From a bacterium (lineage in GTDB: Bacteria > UBA8248), in the NCBI GenBank assembly GCA_965203325.1, contig OZ241875.1, positions 2,336,001-2,400,000 on the forward strand: DNA of 64,000 nucleotides, given 5' to 3'. Shown here one piece after another: positions 31,032-40,711 of this stretch (the first letter of the stretch is position 1; each line of letters begins with the position of its first letter). A model generated the notes under the pieces. That model was not told the DNA's origin. It did no database searches and saw nothing but the letters and a program-made list of their open reading frames with translations. Both the position numbers and the translations under genes were made by a program.

Positions 31032-31799
31032 ATGACGAATCGAGAAGCAACCACGTATGAAGTCAAGAACCATGTCGCGTATCTCACCCTGAACCGGCCC
31101 GAGAAGAAAAACGCCATCAACTACGCCATGCGCAAGGAGGTGCAGGACGCCTACGTCGACATCAAGCACAACCCGGACGTCTGGGTGGCCGTCATCACGG
31201 CGGCGGGGGACGTTTTCTGCTCGGGCAAGGACATCGTGGAGAAGATGCCCGAGGATGACGGGCAGGTGATGTCGAACGACGAGCTTTATCTGTATCTCCG
31301 CTATCTCTACAAGCCCGTCATCTGCGCCATCAACGGCCCCTGCCTCGCCCAGGGGGCGGGCTTTGCGCTGAACTCGGACATACTGATTTTCTCCGAGCGC
31401 GGCTCCATGGGCTGGCCGCAGGTGCTCCGGGGGATATCCTCGGTGAGCGGCCCCGCCATGTGCGCGCACGCGATTCCCTGGACCCAGGCGATGAGCTACC
31501 TGATGCGCGGCAAGTTCATCCCCGCCGAGGAGTGCCTGCGTTTGGGGATAGCCACAGAGGTGGTGCCGCACGAGGAACTGCTGCCGACGGCTGTGCGCTA
31601 CGCGCACGAAATCCTCGAAGCCGCACCCATGGCGGTCTGCGCCATCAAGGAGGCGGCGCGCCGAGGCGAGGACCTGGGCTACCGGGACAGGGTCTACATG
31701 TCGCGCGACGTGGCGGACCGCATCCTGCACACCGAAGATTCCAAGGAGGGGATCCTCGCCTTCCGTGAGAAGAGAAAGCCCGAGTGGCGGGGCAGGTAG
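31032..31799 (+). CDS. Enoyl-CoA hydratase/isomerase (crotonase) family protein
   Basis: LTLNRPEKKNA, FCSGKD, KPVICAING, AFREKRKP. Confidence 0.9.
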   Translation: MTNREATTYEVKNHVAYLTLNRPEKKNAINYAMRKEVQDAYVDIKHNPDVWVAVITAAGDVFCSGKDIVEKMPEDDGQVMSNDELYLYLRYLYKPVICAINGPCLAQGAGFALNSDILIFSERGSMGWPQVLRGISSVSGPAMCAHAIPWTQAMSYLMRGKFIPAEECLRLGIATEVVPHEELLPTAVRYAHEILEAAPMAVCAIKEAARRGEDLGYRDRVYMSRDVADRILHTEDSKEGILAFREKRKPEWRGR

Positions 31800-31862
31800 G
31801 CTGTAATTTCCCTTGTTTTCCTCAATACATACCAGGAACGAATGAAATGGAGATGAAAGCGA

Positions 31863-32870
31863 ATGAGCGATAAACCCGTCGTCTGGGTGGGGACCCCCTT
31901 TATCCTGAATTTCGATGACCCGATGGAGATGTTCCGGCCCCTTGTGGAAGCGGGGCTCGAGGTGCGCCTCGACGAGTGCCGGGGCTACATGCCCGAGGAA
32001 GACGTCATCGCGGCCCTGCCGGGCGTCACCGCCGTCATCGCGGGGGCGGAGCCTTATACGGCGGGCGTGATGGATGGCGCGCCCGGGGTGAAAATCATCG
32101 TGCGCGCCGGCGTGGGCCTGAACAACGTCGACATACCGGCGGCCACGGAACGCGGCATACTCGTGGCGAACTCGGCGGGGCAGAACTCACAATCCGTGGC
32201 GGAGCATCTGTTCGGCATGCTGCTCTGCGCCGTCCGGCGCATCGGCTGGCTGGACACAGAAATCAGAAAGGGTCTCTGGCGGGAGATTCAACCGCCCATG
32301 CGCCCCCTGAACGGGATGACGATGGGGATACTGGGGTTCGGGAACATCGGCAAGCAGGTGGCGAAACGGGCCGTTGCCTTCGACATGAAGGTGATCGCCC
32401 ACGACATCGTGCAAGACGAGGAGACGGCGGCAGAACTCGGGGTGCGCTTCGTGAGCCTGGAAGAGCTGGCGAGGGAGTCGGACTACCTCACCTGCCACGT
32501 GCCGCTGACGCCCGAGACGACGCACATCATAGGCCGCGAGGTTTTAAGCCTCATGAAGCCGGACGCCTACGTCTTCAACACCTCGCGGGGTCCCGTGTTC
32601 GATCTCGACGCAGTTACGGAGGCTCTTGAGAATGGCGTCATCCGCGGCGCGGGGATCGACGTGTTCCCCGAGGAGCCGCCCGATTATTCGCATCCCGTCT
32701 TCACGCTTGATAACGCCGTGCTCGCCCCCCATCTGGGCGGCAGGGGCGAGGATGCGATTCGCAACACGCTCCGCCACACGACCGAGTGCGTCCTCGCCTA
32801 CTTCCGGGGCGAGCGGCCTTCCACCCTCGTGAACCCCGAAGCCTATGAGGTCCTGGCAAGGGGGAGGTGA
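31863..32870 (+). CDS. D-2-hydroxyacid (phosphoglycerate dehydrogenase-like) dehydrogenase
   Basis: RAGVG, GFGNIG, NTSRG, DVFPEEP, PHLG. Confidence 0.9.
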   Translation: MSDKPVVWVGTPFILNFDDPMEMFRPLVEAGLEVRLDECRGYMPEEDVIAALPGVTAVIAGAEPYTAGVMDGAPGVKIIVRAGVGLNNVDIPAATERGILVANSAGQNSQSVAEHLFGMLLCAVRRIGWLDTEIRKGLWREIQPPMRPLNGMTMGILGFGNIGKQVAKRAVAFDMKVIAHDIVQDEETAAELGVRFVSLEELARESDYLTCHVPLTPETTHIIGREVLSLMKPDAYVFNTSRGPVFDLDAVTEALENGVIRGAGIDVFPEEPPDYSHPVFTLDNAVLAPHLGGRGEDAIRNTLRHTTECVLAYFRGERPSTLVNPEAYEVLARGR

Positions 32871-32980
32871 GGTAGCCTGTGAAACCCCGGTGTGTTCTTG
32901 TGCAAGTCGTTCCCGACCGAATATAGAAGTAATTCGCTCCCCCTTTGAGGGTTATCGCCGCGCAGGGAGAAAGAATATCA

Positions 32981-33129
32981 ACTCCCCCCTTGAGGGGGAG
33001 TCGCAGAAGCCAAGCGGTTTGTGCGAAGGCTGATGCGGTGGGGGGACATGCCACAGAAAAAATATCCCCCCACCAGTTCGCTTGCGGGCTTGCGCCCTTA
33101 GCTCACTGACTCCCCCTCAAGGGGGGAGT
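32981..33129. repeat. ~150-bp palindromic element, intact copy
   Basis: Aligns with copies at 27375, 37248 and 42539. Confidence 0.88.
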
Positions 33130-33269
33130 TGATTTCTTCTTTCGTCGGTTGGCAAAGGCTTTCAATAGGGGAGTGATTTCGGAACATGTTGGTTCCGTAG
33201 GGGCGCTTCGTGTAGTGCCCATTCCCTAACGAAGCCTATGGAGTATGCAGGCGGGGGAGGTGAGGCCCC

Positions 33270-33728
33270 CTACAGCGTCCCGTTGATGGCGTAGTTGAGG
33301 ATCCGCACCACCTGCTCGGGTTCCTCGGCCACGGCCATGGCGGCGGCGTCGACTTCCTTGAGGGCGTGTGTGTGGCCCGGGTCGTGCAGGGTGATGAGGG
33401 CTTTCCCCAGAGCCGCCGCGTAGCCCGCGTCGAAGGCAGCGTTCCACTGCCTGTATTTCTCCCCGAAGCGCACGACCACCACGTCCGCCTTCTCGATGAG
33501 CGTGCGCGTCCTGATGGCGTTCACGCCCGCGCCCTTGCGGTCTTTCCAGAACGGCTTTTCCTCACCGCCCAGGATGGAAACGCCGCAATCGTCGCTCGCA
33601 TCGTGGTCCGTGACGGGGGCGAGGAAGGTGATCGGCAGGCCCGCCCTCTCCGCGCCCTCGGTAATCCGCTCGCGCCAGTCGGTGTGCACTTCTCCGGATA
33701 GATAGACCGTCCAACTCGTCTGCGGCAT
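33270..33728 (-). CDS. ytoQ: YtoQ-family protein (nucleoside deoxyribosyltransferase-like fold)
   Basis: VYLSGEVHTDWR, HDASDDCG, RFGEKYRQWNAAFDAG, HALKEVD. Confidence 0.85.
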   Translation of the reverse strand: MPQTSWTVYLSGEVHTDWRERITEGAERAGLPITFLAPVTDHDASDDCGVSILGGEEKPFWKDRKGAGVNAIRTRTLIEKADVVVVRFGEKYRQWNAAFDAGYAAALGKALITLHDPGHTHALKEVDAAAMAVAEEPEQVVRILNYAINGTL

Positions 33729-33796
33729 CGAATCCTGCTCCTTATGCTTTGAGGATAAATTGCGTGAAAGATGAAAGTTTTCATATGGCGCGACGT

Positions 33797-33830
33797 GAAA
33801 AACCCCGGCCCTCGTGGACCGGGGTCTTTC
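33797..33830 (-). terminator. Rho-independent terminator between the small ORF unit and ytoQ
   Basis: Minus strand ACCCCGGTCC-acga-GGGCCGGGGT followed by a T run. Confidence 0.75.
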
Positions 33831-33902
33831 ATCGTTCGGTGACCTGGTGGGGATTCGCCTGGGCGAAGATAAACCCGTGGGAATCTCCCGAGGGCATCTC
33901 CC

Positions 33903-33941
33903 CTAGGCGCCGGTCACCTCGTCCCTACAGTGTATTTTCAT
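33903..33941 (-). CDS. Putative 12-aa small ORF MKIHCRDEVTGA preceded by an extended Shine-Dalgarno
   Basis: AGAAAGGAGGTGATCC-TAAT-ATG...TAG on the minus strand. Confidence 0.5.
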   Translation of the reverse strand: MKIHCRDEVTGA

Positions 33942-33973
33942 ATTAGGATCACCTCCTTTCTGACGTACCTGGA

Positions 33974-34002
33974 ATCATCGGGAAAGCGAGGCGAAAAGTC
34001 AA
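33974..34002 (-). promoter_or_regulatory. Sigma70-type promoter for the small transcript
   Basis: TTGACT-17 nt-GATGAT on the minus strand, 12 nt upstream of the extended SD. Confidence 0.5.
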
Positions 34003-34101
34003 GGCGCAATATGCAGGGCGGACTGACAGCACGGCGCCCTCCGTGATATACAAACCCCCGCATGGCCTGCGCCCAGGCTGAGGCGATGGCCCCACTCCCG
34101 C

Positions 34102-34194
34102 GGAGAGGTGTCCGAGAGGCCGAAGGAGTACGACTGGAAATCGTATAGGTGCCCACAAGGTGCCTCGAGGGTTCGAATCCCTCCCTCTCCGCCA
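34102..34194 (+). tRNA. tRNA-Ser (anticodon GGA)
   Basis: GGAGAGG/CCTCTCC acceptor stem, TACGA-CTGGAAA-TCGTA anticodon arm, long variable arm, GGTTCGAATCC, G discriminator plus CCA. Confidence 0.97.
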
Positions 34195-34320
34195 CCCACG
34201 AATACCGGAAGGCCGGATAGAAACCCGGGCTTGTCGCAGCCTTATATATCCATATATCCGCAACCCTGGTTCCAGATTCCGCAGCCCCTCCTTTCTCAGT
34301 CGGGTCTGACCCCGGGATCA

Positions 34321-34350
34321 TTGACAGCCGAACAAATTCCCGTCTATAAC
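34321..34350 (+). promoter_or_regulatory. Sigma70-type promoter upstream of the selenoprotein gene
   Basis: TTGACA-18 nt-TATAAC. Confidence 0.55.
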
Positions 34351-34435
34351 TGATCCATCTAAGCATACTGGAAGACCGCGGCTGAACCCCATGGCGCGGA
34401 GTGCGTGTTCCCCTTGGATTGGAGGGAGTTTGTCT

Positions 34436-36046
34436 ATGGGCGAGAACGGTCGAATCGAAATCATCAACCCCATCGCCGCCGTGGCGGATGAGGGAGGTTC
34501 CGGCGAAGGCGCCGTAGTCCAGGGCCTGGACGGGCTCCGCATCGCTTTACTTGATAACTCCATGCCCCACGCGGGCGATTTCCTGAACCACGTCGGCGAA
34601 GCCTTCGCCGAGCGGCACGACGCGAAGCTCCTCGTGCGCAAGAAGGGCTGGGCCGCGCAGGGCGCCGGCCAGGAGACGCTCGACGAGATAGCGTCCAACT
34701 GCGACGTGGCGGTGACCGGCTTCGGGGTCTGAGGGGGCTGCACGTCGTGGAGTGTCCACGACTCGGCAGAGCTTGAAAAACGCGGCGTCCCCACCGTCGT
34801 GGTGGTGGGCACCGGGTTCGAGACGGCGGCGCGCAGCTTCGCCAAGGCCTACAAATCCCCCCATCTCCGCCTTCTCCTCGTCGATGATACCGTGGCCCAC
34901 CAGGGCGGCGACGCCCTGATGCGCATGGCGAAAAACGGCGTCGATACGGTGGCCGCCGAGTGGATGAACACGGCGAACGGGGGAGAGGCCGAAGCCGTCG
35001 CCGATGACCCCATCGAGCGGGTGCTCACGATAGCGGGCGACCCCATAGGTGCGAACGGCGCGCTATTCGATCTGGGGGCGACCGACGGGATGCCCGTCAT
35101 CCCCCCCACCCTGGATATGGTGGAGCGGTTCGTGGCGGCCTCGGGCAGAAAGGGCGATGAGGTAATCGCGCGCCTCATGCCGAGGCTGGCGGATATCACC
35201 GTGGAGCGGATCGCGGCCAACGCCATCATGGCGGGCTGTACGCCCGGCGTCATGCCCATCCTCGTGACGGCGGTGCAGGCCATGGGGGCGGAGGAGTACC
35301 ACGTCAACCACGTCATCACCACGGCGCACACGCTGTTCCCCATCGTCGTGGTGAGCGGCCCCATCGCCCGGGAGGTCGGGATGAGCGACGGGCGCGACTT
35401 GAGCGCAGCGGGCTGGGGGGTGAACGCCTCGGTCGGCCGCGCGATCAAGCTCATCATGTTCAACTGCATCGGCGACCTCGAAAACCGGGGCGCCACTTGC
35501 CAGGGCCATTTCGCCAAGTATTTCGACGCCATCACCGAGAACGTCGAACAGAGCCCTTGGGAGCCGCTCCACGTGGAGAAGGGCTTCGCCGAGTCCGACA
35601 GCGTGGTGACGGTGTTCACCGCCGAACCCCTCCACATGGTGGACGACCACAGCGCGCTCACCGCGCAGGGCATCCTGGGCACCTTCGGCACGGTGGCCGC
35701 CTGCTCCGGCACGCGGCCGCAGTTCGGCCGCTGCGAGATCATGCTCATCTTCGGCCCCACCCACGCGAACAAGGTCGCGGAAGCGGGGTTCGACAAGAAG
35801 CTCGTGCGCGATTACCTCTGCGAGGTCCACCGGATTCCGGTCAACACCTATCCTCCCGAATCGCGCGAGCGCTGGAGCGACTGGAAGCAGATGCTCTACG
35901 GGGTGAACACGATGGAGAACGCGACCCTGCCCATCGTCGAGGAGAGGGAGGACATCACCATCCTGGTGCACGGCGGCGCGGGGCCGAACTCGCTCATGGC
36001 GCCCGGCGCGCTGAACCACCGATCCATAACGCGGAAGATCGGCTAG
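34436..36046 (+). CDS. Predicted selenoprotein (536 aa, Sec99): UGSC/GrdB-like UxxC domain fused to an uncharacterised 'DGxPxIPPT' domain
   Basis: GGAGGGAG RBS; in-frame TGA 34730-34732 reads GV-U-GGCTSWSVHDSAELEKRGVPTV and joins ORF 34799-36046 in the same frame; SECIS-like hairpin follows. Confidence 0.85.
34738..34769 (+). promoter_or_regulatory. Bacterial SECIS-like hairpin
   Basis: GTCGTGGA-GTG-TCCACGAC perfect stem starting 11 nt after the TGA; G-first apical loop; lower CTGC/GCAG pairing. Confidence 0.75.
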
Positions 36047-36049
36047 GCC

Positions 36050-37084
36050 ATGCCCGGGGCGCTTCTGAGCGAACTCTCGCCGGGTGCGGAGGCCGCGCTC
36101 GAAGCCGCGATGGAGAACGGGCCGGGCGACGGCCTTCCTCTCATCCCGCCGACCTGGAGAGCGGTGGACGCCATGCTCGCCTCCACCCAGGAGGGTTCCG
36201 GCCACGTTCTGGGGATGATGGCGCCCGGCATGGTGGACGTGACGGTCGGGGATGCGGCCGTCTGCGCGGTCTTGGCAGGTTGCAAGCCGGCGCACTTCCC
36301 GGTGGTCCTGGCGGCGCTCGAAGCCGTCATGGAGCCCGAGTTCAATTTCCTGGCCATCCAGGCGACCACCGAGCTCGCCTCGCCCCTGGTCATCGTCCAC
36401 GGTCCCGTCGCCGAACGGTTGGGCGTGCACTCGGGCAGCGGGTGCCTGGGGCCGGGCTTCCGGGCGAACGCCACCATCGGCCGCGCCGTCCGCCTGGCCG
36501 CCGTGCGGCTGGGGATGGCGGTGCCCGGCGAGACCGACATGGCCACCTTCGGCCACGGGGGCAAGTTCTCTGCCTGTTTCGCCGAGGCGGCCTGCGGCTG
36601 GGAGCCGCTCCACGCGACGCGGGGGTTCCGCGCGGAGCAAAGCGCGGTGACGGTGGTGGCTGCGGACGCGCCGGTGAACGTGAACGATTACGCGAGCGGA
36701 AGTGCGGAGAGCGTGCTTCGCATGATAACCGCTACGATGTCCTATCCGGGTTCCAACAACGCGCAGGGCGGCGGGGAGGTGTTGGTCGTCATCAGCCCCC
36801 AGCACCTGGGGCTCCTCGCCTCGGGCGGCATGGGCCGTGAGGACGCCCAGCGCGCGCTTTTCGAGGGTGCGCGTGTGCCGCTGACGAGTTTTTCGCCCGA
36901 GATCGCCGAGCGCGTGCGGGGCAGACGGCCGGGGCTTTTCGAGGACTCAAGCCCCGATGCCGTTCCGGTGGCGGACGGGCCGGAGAGCATTCTCATCGCC
37001 GTGGCCGGGGGGCCGGGGAGCCACACGCTTTTCTTCCCGACCTACGGCGAGACCCGGGCGGTGACGAAGGCGGTTCGGGGTTAG
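36050..37084 (+). CDS. Uncharacterised protein paralogous to the selenoprotein C-terminal domain
   Basis: DGLPLIPPT, AGCKP, GPVA, NATIGRA, WEPLH..RGF, GGPG shared with 34436-36046; starts 3 nt after its stop. Confidence 0.85.
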   Translation: MPGALLSELSPGAEAALEAAMENGPGDGLPLIPPTWRAVDAMLASTQEGSGHVLGMMAPGMVDVTVGDAAVCAVLAGCKPAHFPVVLAALEAVMEPEFNFLAIQATTELASPLVIVHGPVAERLGVHSGSGCLGPGFRANATIGRAVRLAAVRLGMAVPGETDMATFGHGGKFSACFAEAACGWEPLHATRGFRAEQSAVTVVAADAPVNVNDYASGSAESVLRMITATMSYPGSNNAQGGGEVLVVISPQHLGLLASGGMGREDAQRALFEGARVPLTSFSPEIAERVRGRRPGLFEDSSPDAVPVADGPESILIAVAGGPGSHTLFFPTYGETRAVTKAVRG

Positions 37085-37247
37085 ATGAACGATACGGGGG
37101 AGATTCACGGTTTTGTAGGGACAGGCCTCCGTGCCTGTCCGACGTTCTGACAAAGGCAACCCCGTCGGGCGGGACAACCCCGAGGGGGGTTGTTGAAAAA
37201 GTTTCGATGAATGGGGGTTTGACGCGACTGGGGAAAGAGCAAGATAA

Positions 37248-37395
37248 ACTCCCCCCTTGAGGGGGAGTCGAAGAGGCCGAGCCCTTGGGCGAAGGCCGAT
37301 TCGGTGGGGGGACATGCCACAGAAGAAATCTCCCCCCACCAGCTCGCTTGCGGGCTTTCGCCCTTACCTCGCTGACTCCCCCTCAAGGGGGGAGT
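37248..37395. repeat. ~150-bp palindromic element flanked by IS1182-like ends (near 37184 and 37447)
   Basis: Direct sequence comparison. Confidence 0.85.
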
Positions 37396-37607
37396 TGATT
37401 TGAAATTCTCCTCGGTGGGGAGCGTCTTCGTAGGGATCGTATAGCGGCTTTTTCAACGCCCCCCTCAAGGGGGGAGTGGTTGTCGGGTGCTCTCAAGAGG
37501 GGCGTGAAAACCCCAAGCCGCAGAGAGTGGTTATGGAGCAGGACTGATGAACTGACCGGCCAAAAGGTCGTCAACCGAAGCATATCATTCCAGAAAAGGA
37601 GACGCCC

Positions 37608-38993
37608 ATGGCGGACAGGAGCAACGTCGACGTTCTCGTAGTCGGAGCCGGCATGGCCGGTGTGTGCGCTGCCATCGCAGCGGCGCGGGGCGGCGCGCGG
37701 ACGGTCCTCACGGACCGCTACGCCTTCCTGGGGGGCAACGCGACCGCGGGCCTTCTCGGCAACTTCCTCACCTTCCACAACATGAAGGGGGAGCAAATCT
37801 GCGACGGCATCCCCCAGGAGATCGTGGACGAACTCATCAAGCTGGGCGGCGCCTTTCCCGAGGGCCATCTCCACAACGCCTACGGCAACTCCTACTCCGT
37901 GACGCCACAGGACGGCGAAGTGCTCAAGCTCGTGAACCAGAAGCTCTGCCTGGAGGCGGGCGTGGACCTGGTGCTGAACACCTACACCATCGGACCCGTC
38001 ATGGACGGCGACCGGGTGGCCGGCGCGCGCATCGTGAACAAGAGCGGGGAGAGCGAGATACGCGCGAAGGTCGTCATCGACGCGAGCGGCGACGCGGACA
38101 TCGCCGCGCAGGCGGGCGCGCCCTTCCACCTGGGTGACGAGGAGGGGAAGATGATGTCCATCAGCCTCTTCTCGCGTATGGGGAACGTGGACTTAGAGCG
38201 CCACCTCCGGCACGTGAAGGAGAACCCGACGAACTTCATGCTCGGCGAGGACCCCTACATCGGCAAGTCGCGCGAGGAGATAGCCGCAGGCCTTCGCACC
38301 CACAAGGATTACCCCCTCGTGACCGGCTATTACGAGTCGGTCAAGCTCGCCCAGTCGCGCGGCGAGTTCCACCCGAACCGCCAGCGCGTGGTGTTTTCCG
38401 TCACCACCACGCCCGGGGTGGTCACCATCAACTCGACGAGCATGCTCGGCTACAGCGGCGTCGACAACGACGACCTGAACCAGGTCGCCATCGAGGGCCG
38501 CGAGCAGATATTCAAGGTGCGCGATTTCTACCGCAAATACGCCCCCGGTTTCGAGGAGTGCTACGTGATCGATTCGGCCTCGGCCATCGGGGTGCGCGAG
38601 ACGCGCCGCATCATCGGGGAGGAAACCCTCACCGACGATGACTGCATCGATGCGCGCAAGGGGCCGCGCGACATCGGCCAGGGGGCCTACTGCCTCGACG
38701 TCCACCAGCCCACCGGGGTCATCGAGCACAAACACGTCAGGGACGGGGAGGCCTACGGCATCCCCTACGGCGTCATGCTCCCGCAGAAGATAGAGAACTG
38801 CCTCGTGGCGGGCCGGCCCGTCTCGAGCGACCGCTTCGCGAACGGCTCCGTGCGCAACCAGGCCCACATCATGACCATCGGCCAGGCGGCGGGTACGGCG
38901 GCGGCCATGTGCGTGGAGCGCAGGACGACCCCGCGTGAACTGCCGGTGGAGCCGCTCAGGGAAAAACTACGACAGGACGGGGCGGTGGTATGA
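37608..38993 (+). CDS. FAD-dependent oxidoreductase (FAD_oxidored-type)
   Basis: VVGAGMAG, LGGNAT, IDASGDAD, GVRETRRI, YGIPYG, VAGR, GQAAG. Confidence 0.88.
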   Translation: MADRSNVDVLVVGAGMAGVCAAIAAARGGARTVLTDRYAFLGGNATAGLLGNFLTFHNMKGEQICDGIPQEIVDELIKLGGAFPEGHLHNAYGNSYSVTPQDGEVLKLVNQKLCLEAGVDLVLNTYTIGPVMDGDRVAGARIVNKSGESEIRAKVVIDASGDADIAAQAGAPFHLGDEEGKMMSISLFSRMGNVDLERHLRHVKENPTNFMLGEDPYIGKSREEIAAGLRTHKDYPLVTGYYESVKLAQSRGEFHPNRQRVVFSVTTTPGVVTINSTSMLGYSGVDNDDLNQVAIEGREQIFKVRDFYRKYAPGFEECYVIDSASAIGVRETRRIIGEETLTDDDCIDARKGPRDIGQGAYCLDVHQPTGVIEHKHVRDGEAYGIPYGVMLPQKIENCLVAGRPVSSDRFANGSVRNQAHIMTIGQAAGTAAAMCVERRTTPRELPVEPLREKLRQDGAVV

Positions 38994-39045
38994 CCGCTCC
39001 CTGGAATTTGCATCTTCCGATCACCCAGAAAAAGGAGGAGAAACG

Positions 39046-40317
39046 ATGAAACGTACCGGACGCCGGCTATTCAGCATTATCGCCGTGGCCGCCTTTGTGG
39101 CGGGGCTCGCGCTGCCCGCAGCGGCGGCCAAGAATGTCACCCTCCTCATCCACCCGACCCTGTTCAAGGCGGCGGGGGGTCCCAAGGGCGTGGTGGCTGA
39201 CCTCGAGAAGGAAAAGGGCATCAAGGTGACCGTGGTGACCACCCCCTACGGGAAGATCAAGGACAAGGCGGTGCTCTCCTTCGCAGCCGGAGGCGGGCAG
39301 TTCGACGTGGTGTCCTGGGTGGACGCGTGGGTCAACCCCGAGACCATCGGTTTCCTGGAGCCGCTGGACAACTACATCAAGAACGCGCCCAAGGGCTACG
39401 ACTACGGGGACCTCATCCCCGCCCTCTCGGGCACGACCCGCTTCCCCAAGCCGAAAGGGCCCGCCTACGGCGTTCCCTACCGGACGGGAACCGGAATCGT
39501 CTACTACCGCAAGGACCTCTTCGCGGCGGCCAAGGTCGCGATTCCCAAGACCTGGGACGAGTTCCTCGCCGCGGCCGAGAAGCTGAACCAGCCGGGCAAG
39601 GTCTACGGCGTCGTGCAGCGCGGAAAACCGGGCGTCCACGTGGAGCAGGACTTCCTGCGCTATCTCCACAGTTCGGGCCACGGCGTGCTCTCCGCCGACA
39701 ACAAGACCTGCCTGCTCGACCGCGCCGACTCGATCAAGCTGCTCGAGGTGTTCGGCAAGCCCTTCCGCAGCGGCTGGTCCCCGCCCGACATGCTGGCCTG
39801 GGGACGCGACGAATACCGGAACGCCATGATGCAGGGCCGCGCAGCGATGGGGGTGTACTTCTCCCCCTACTGGGGCCTGATGACCAACCCCAAGAAATCC
39901 AAGACGGCCGACAAGCTGGGCTACTTCCTCGTCCCCACGCTGGACGGCAAGAACCGCGGCGCCACGCTGAACGGCGGCTGGCACCTCGTCATGGACAAGA
40001 AGAGCAAGAACAAGGCGGCGGCGTGGGAGCTCATGATGGCGCTCTCCAACAAGAAGAACCAGCTTCGGGGCGCCCTCAACTGGGCGAACGGCCCCGTGCG
40101 CAGTTCGGTCTACAACAACGCGGAATATCTCAAGAAGTTCCCGGTGGCGAAGGCGTGGCTGACCGCCATCAGCCGGGGCAGCGGCGCGGCGCAGCATCCG
40201 CGCGCGTCCGAGATAAGCGACGTCACCTCGAAGGAGGTCATCAACTACCTGCAGAAGAAGAAGAGCGCGAAGCAGGCCATGGGGGACGCCTGCAAGCAGA
40301 TCAACGCGGTACTGTAG
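39046..40317 (+). CDS. Carbohydrate-type (CUT1) ABC transporter substrate-binding protein
   Basis: Signal peptide; YYRKDLF, IPKTWDE, GGWHL, KNKAAAW; AAGGAGG RBS. Confidence 0.88.
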   Translation: MKRTGRRLFSIIAVAAFVAGLALPAAAAKNVTLLIHPTLFKAAGGPKGVVADLEKEKGIKVTVVTTPYGKIKDKAVLSFAAGGGQFDVVSWVDAWVNPETIGFLEPLDNYIKNAPKGYDYGDLIPALSGTTRFPKPKGPAYGVPYRTGTGIVYYRKDLFAAAKVAIPKTWDEFLAAAEKLNQPGKVYGVVQRGKPGVHVEQDFLRYLHSSGHGVLSADNKTCLLDRADSIKLLEVFGKPFRSGWSPPDMLAWGRDEYRNAMMQGRAAMGVYFSPYWGLMTNPKKSKTADKLGYFLVPTLDGKNRGATLNGGWHLVMDKKSKNKAAAWELMMALSNKKNQLRGALNWANGPVRSSVYNNAEYLKKFPVAKAWLTAISRGSGAAQHPRASEISDVTSKEVINYLQKKKSAKQAMGDACKQINAVL

Positions 40318-40344
40318 CAGCGGGACGAAAACAAAGGCGTACCG

Positions 40345-40612
40345 GGGGGTGTTGGAAAAGTCCTCTCCTCAGGGGATAAAAGCAACCCCCCTACCCCCCT
40401 TGTCAGGGGTCAAACGCGAGTGATGAACGAGCGTTTGCATAAGCCATTGACGAGAAACACATCGTCTTGCAAAACCTCCCTCTTCGGTCGGTTTTGACCC
40501 CTGACAAGGGGGGTAGGGGGGTTGCTTTTGTTTCCTGCAAGAGGGGTTGTAGGGGCCGCATATATGCGGCCCTCCTCCTCGGTATGCGGGTCGCATATAT
40601 GCGACCCCTACA
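40345..40612. repeat. IS1182-like end, CCCCCCTACCCCCCTTG doublet and GTAG REP pair
   Basis: Matches 25938-26088; GTAGGGGCCGCATATATGCGGCCC and its inverted partner. Confidence 0.7.
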
Positions 40613-40711
40613 ATTGGGGCGGCGATGATGCCGCCCCAGACGCGAAGGCGTACCCCGGAGGAGAGGCGGATTGGGGGCGCGTCCGGCGCGGACGCAAGCA
40701 CGGAGAAGATC

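Noticed and set aside
33946..33961. 16S rRNA gene fragment
   Set aside because: Only the terminal 16 nt match; the upstream helix 45 sequence (GTAACAAGGTA...GCGGCTG) is absent
33797..33967. 6S RNA
   Set aside because: Size is similar, but I see no 5'/3' end pairing or central bubble; not excluded without a covariance model search
34102..34194. tRNA-Sec next to the selenoprotein gene
   Set aside because: Anticodon is GGA (Ser), not TCA, and the acceptor stem is the normal 7 bp
34730..34732. Nonsense mutation (pseudogene) or two separate genes
   Set aside because: TGA falls exactly in a UxxC position, a SECIS-like hairpin follows, and the downstream ORF lacks a good start
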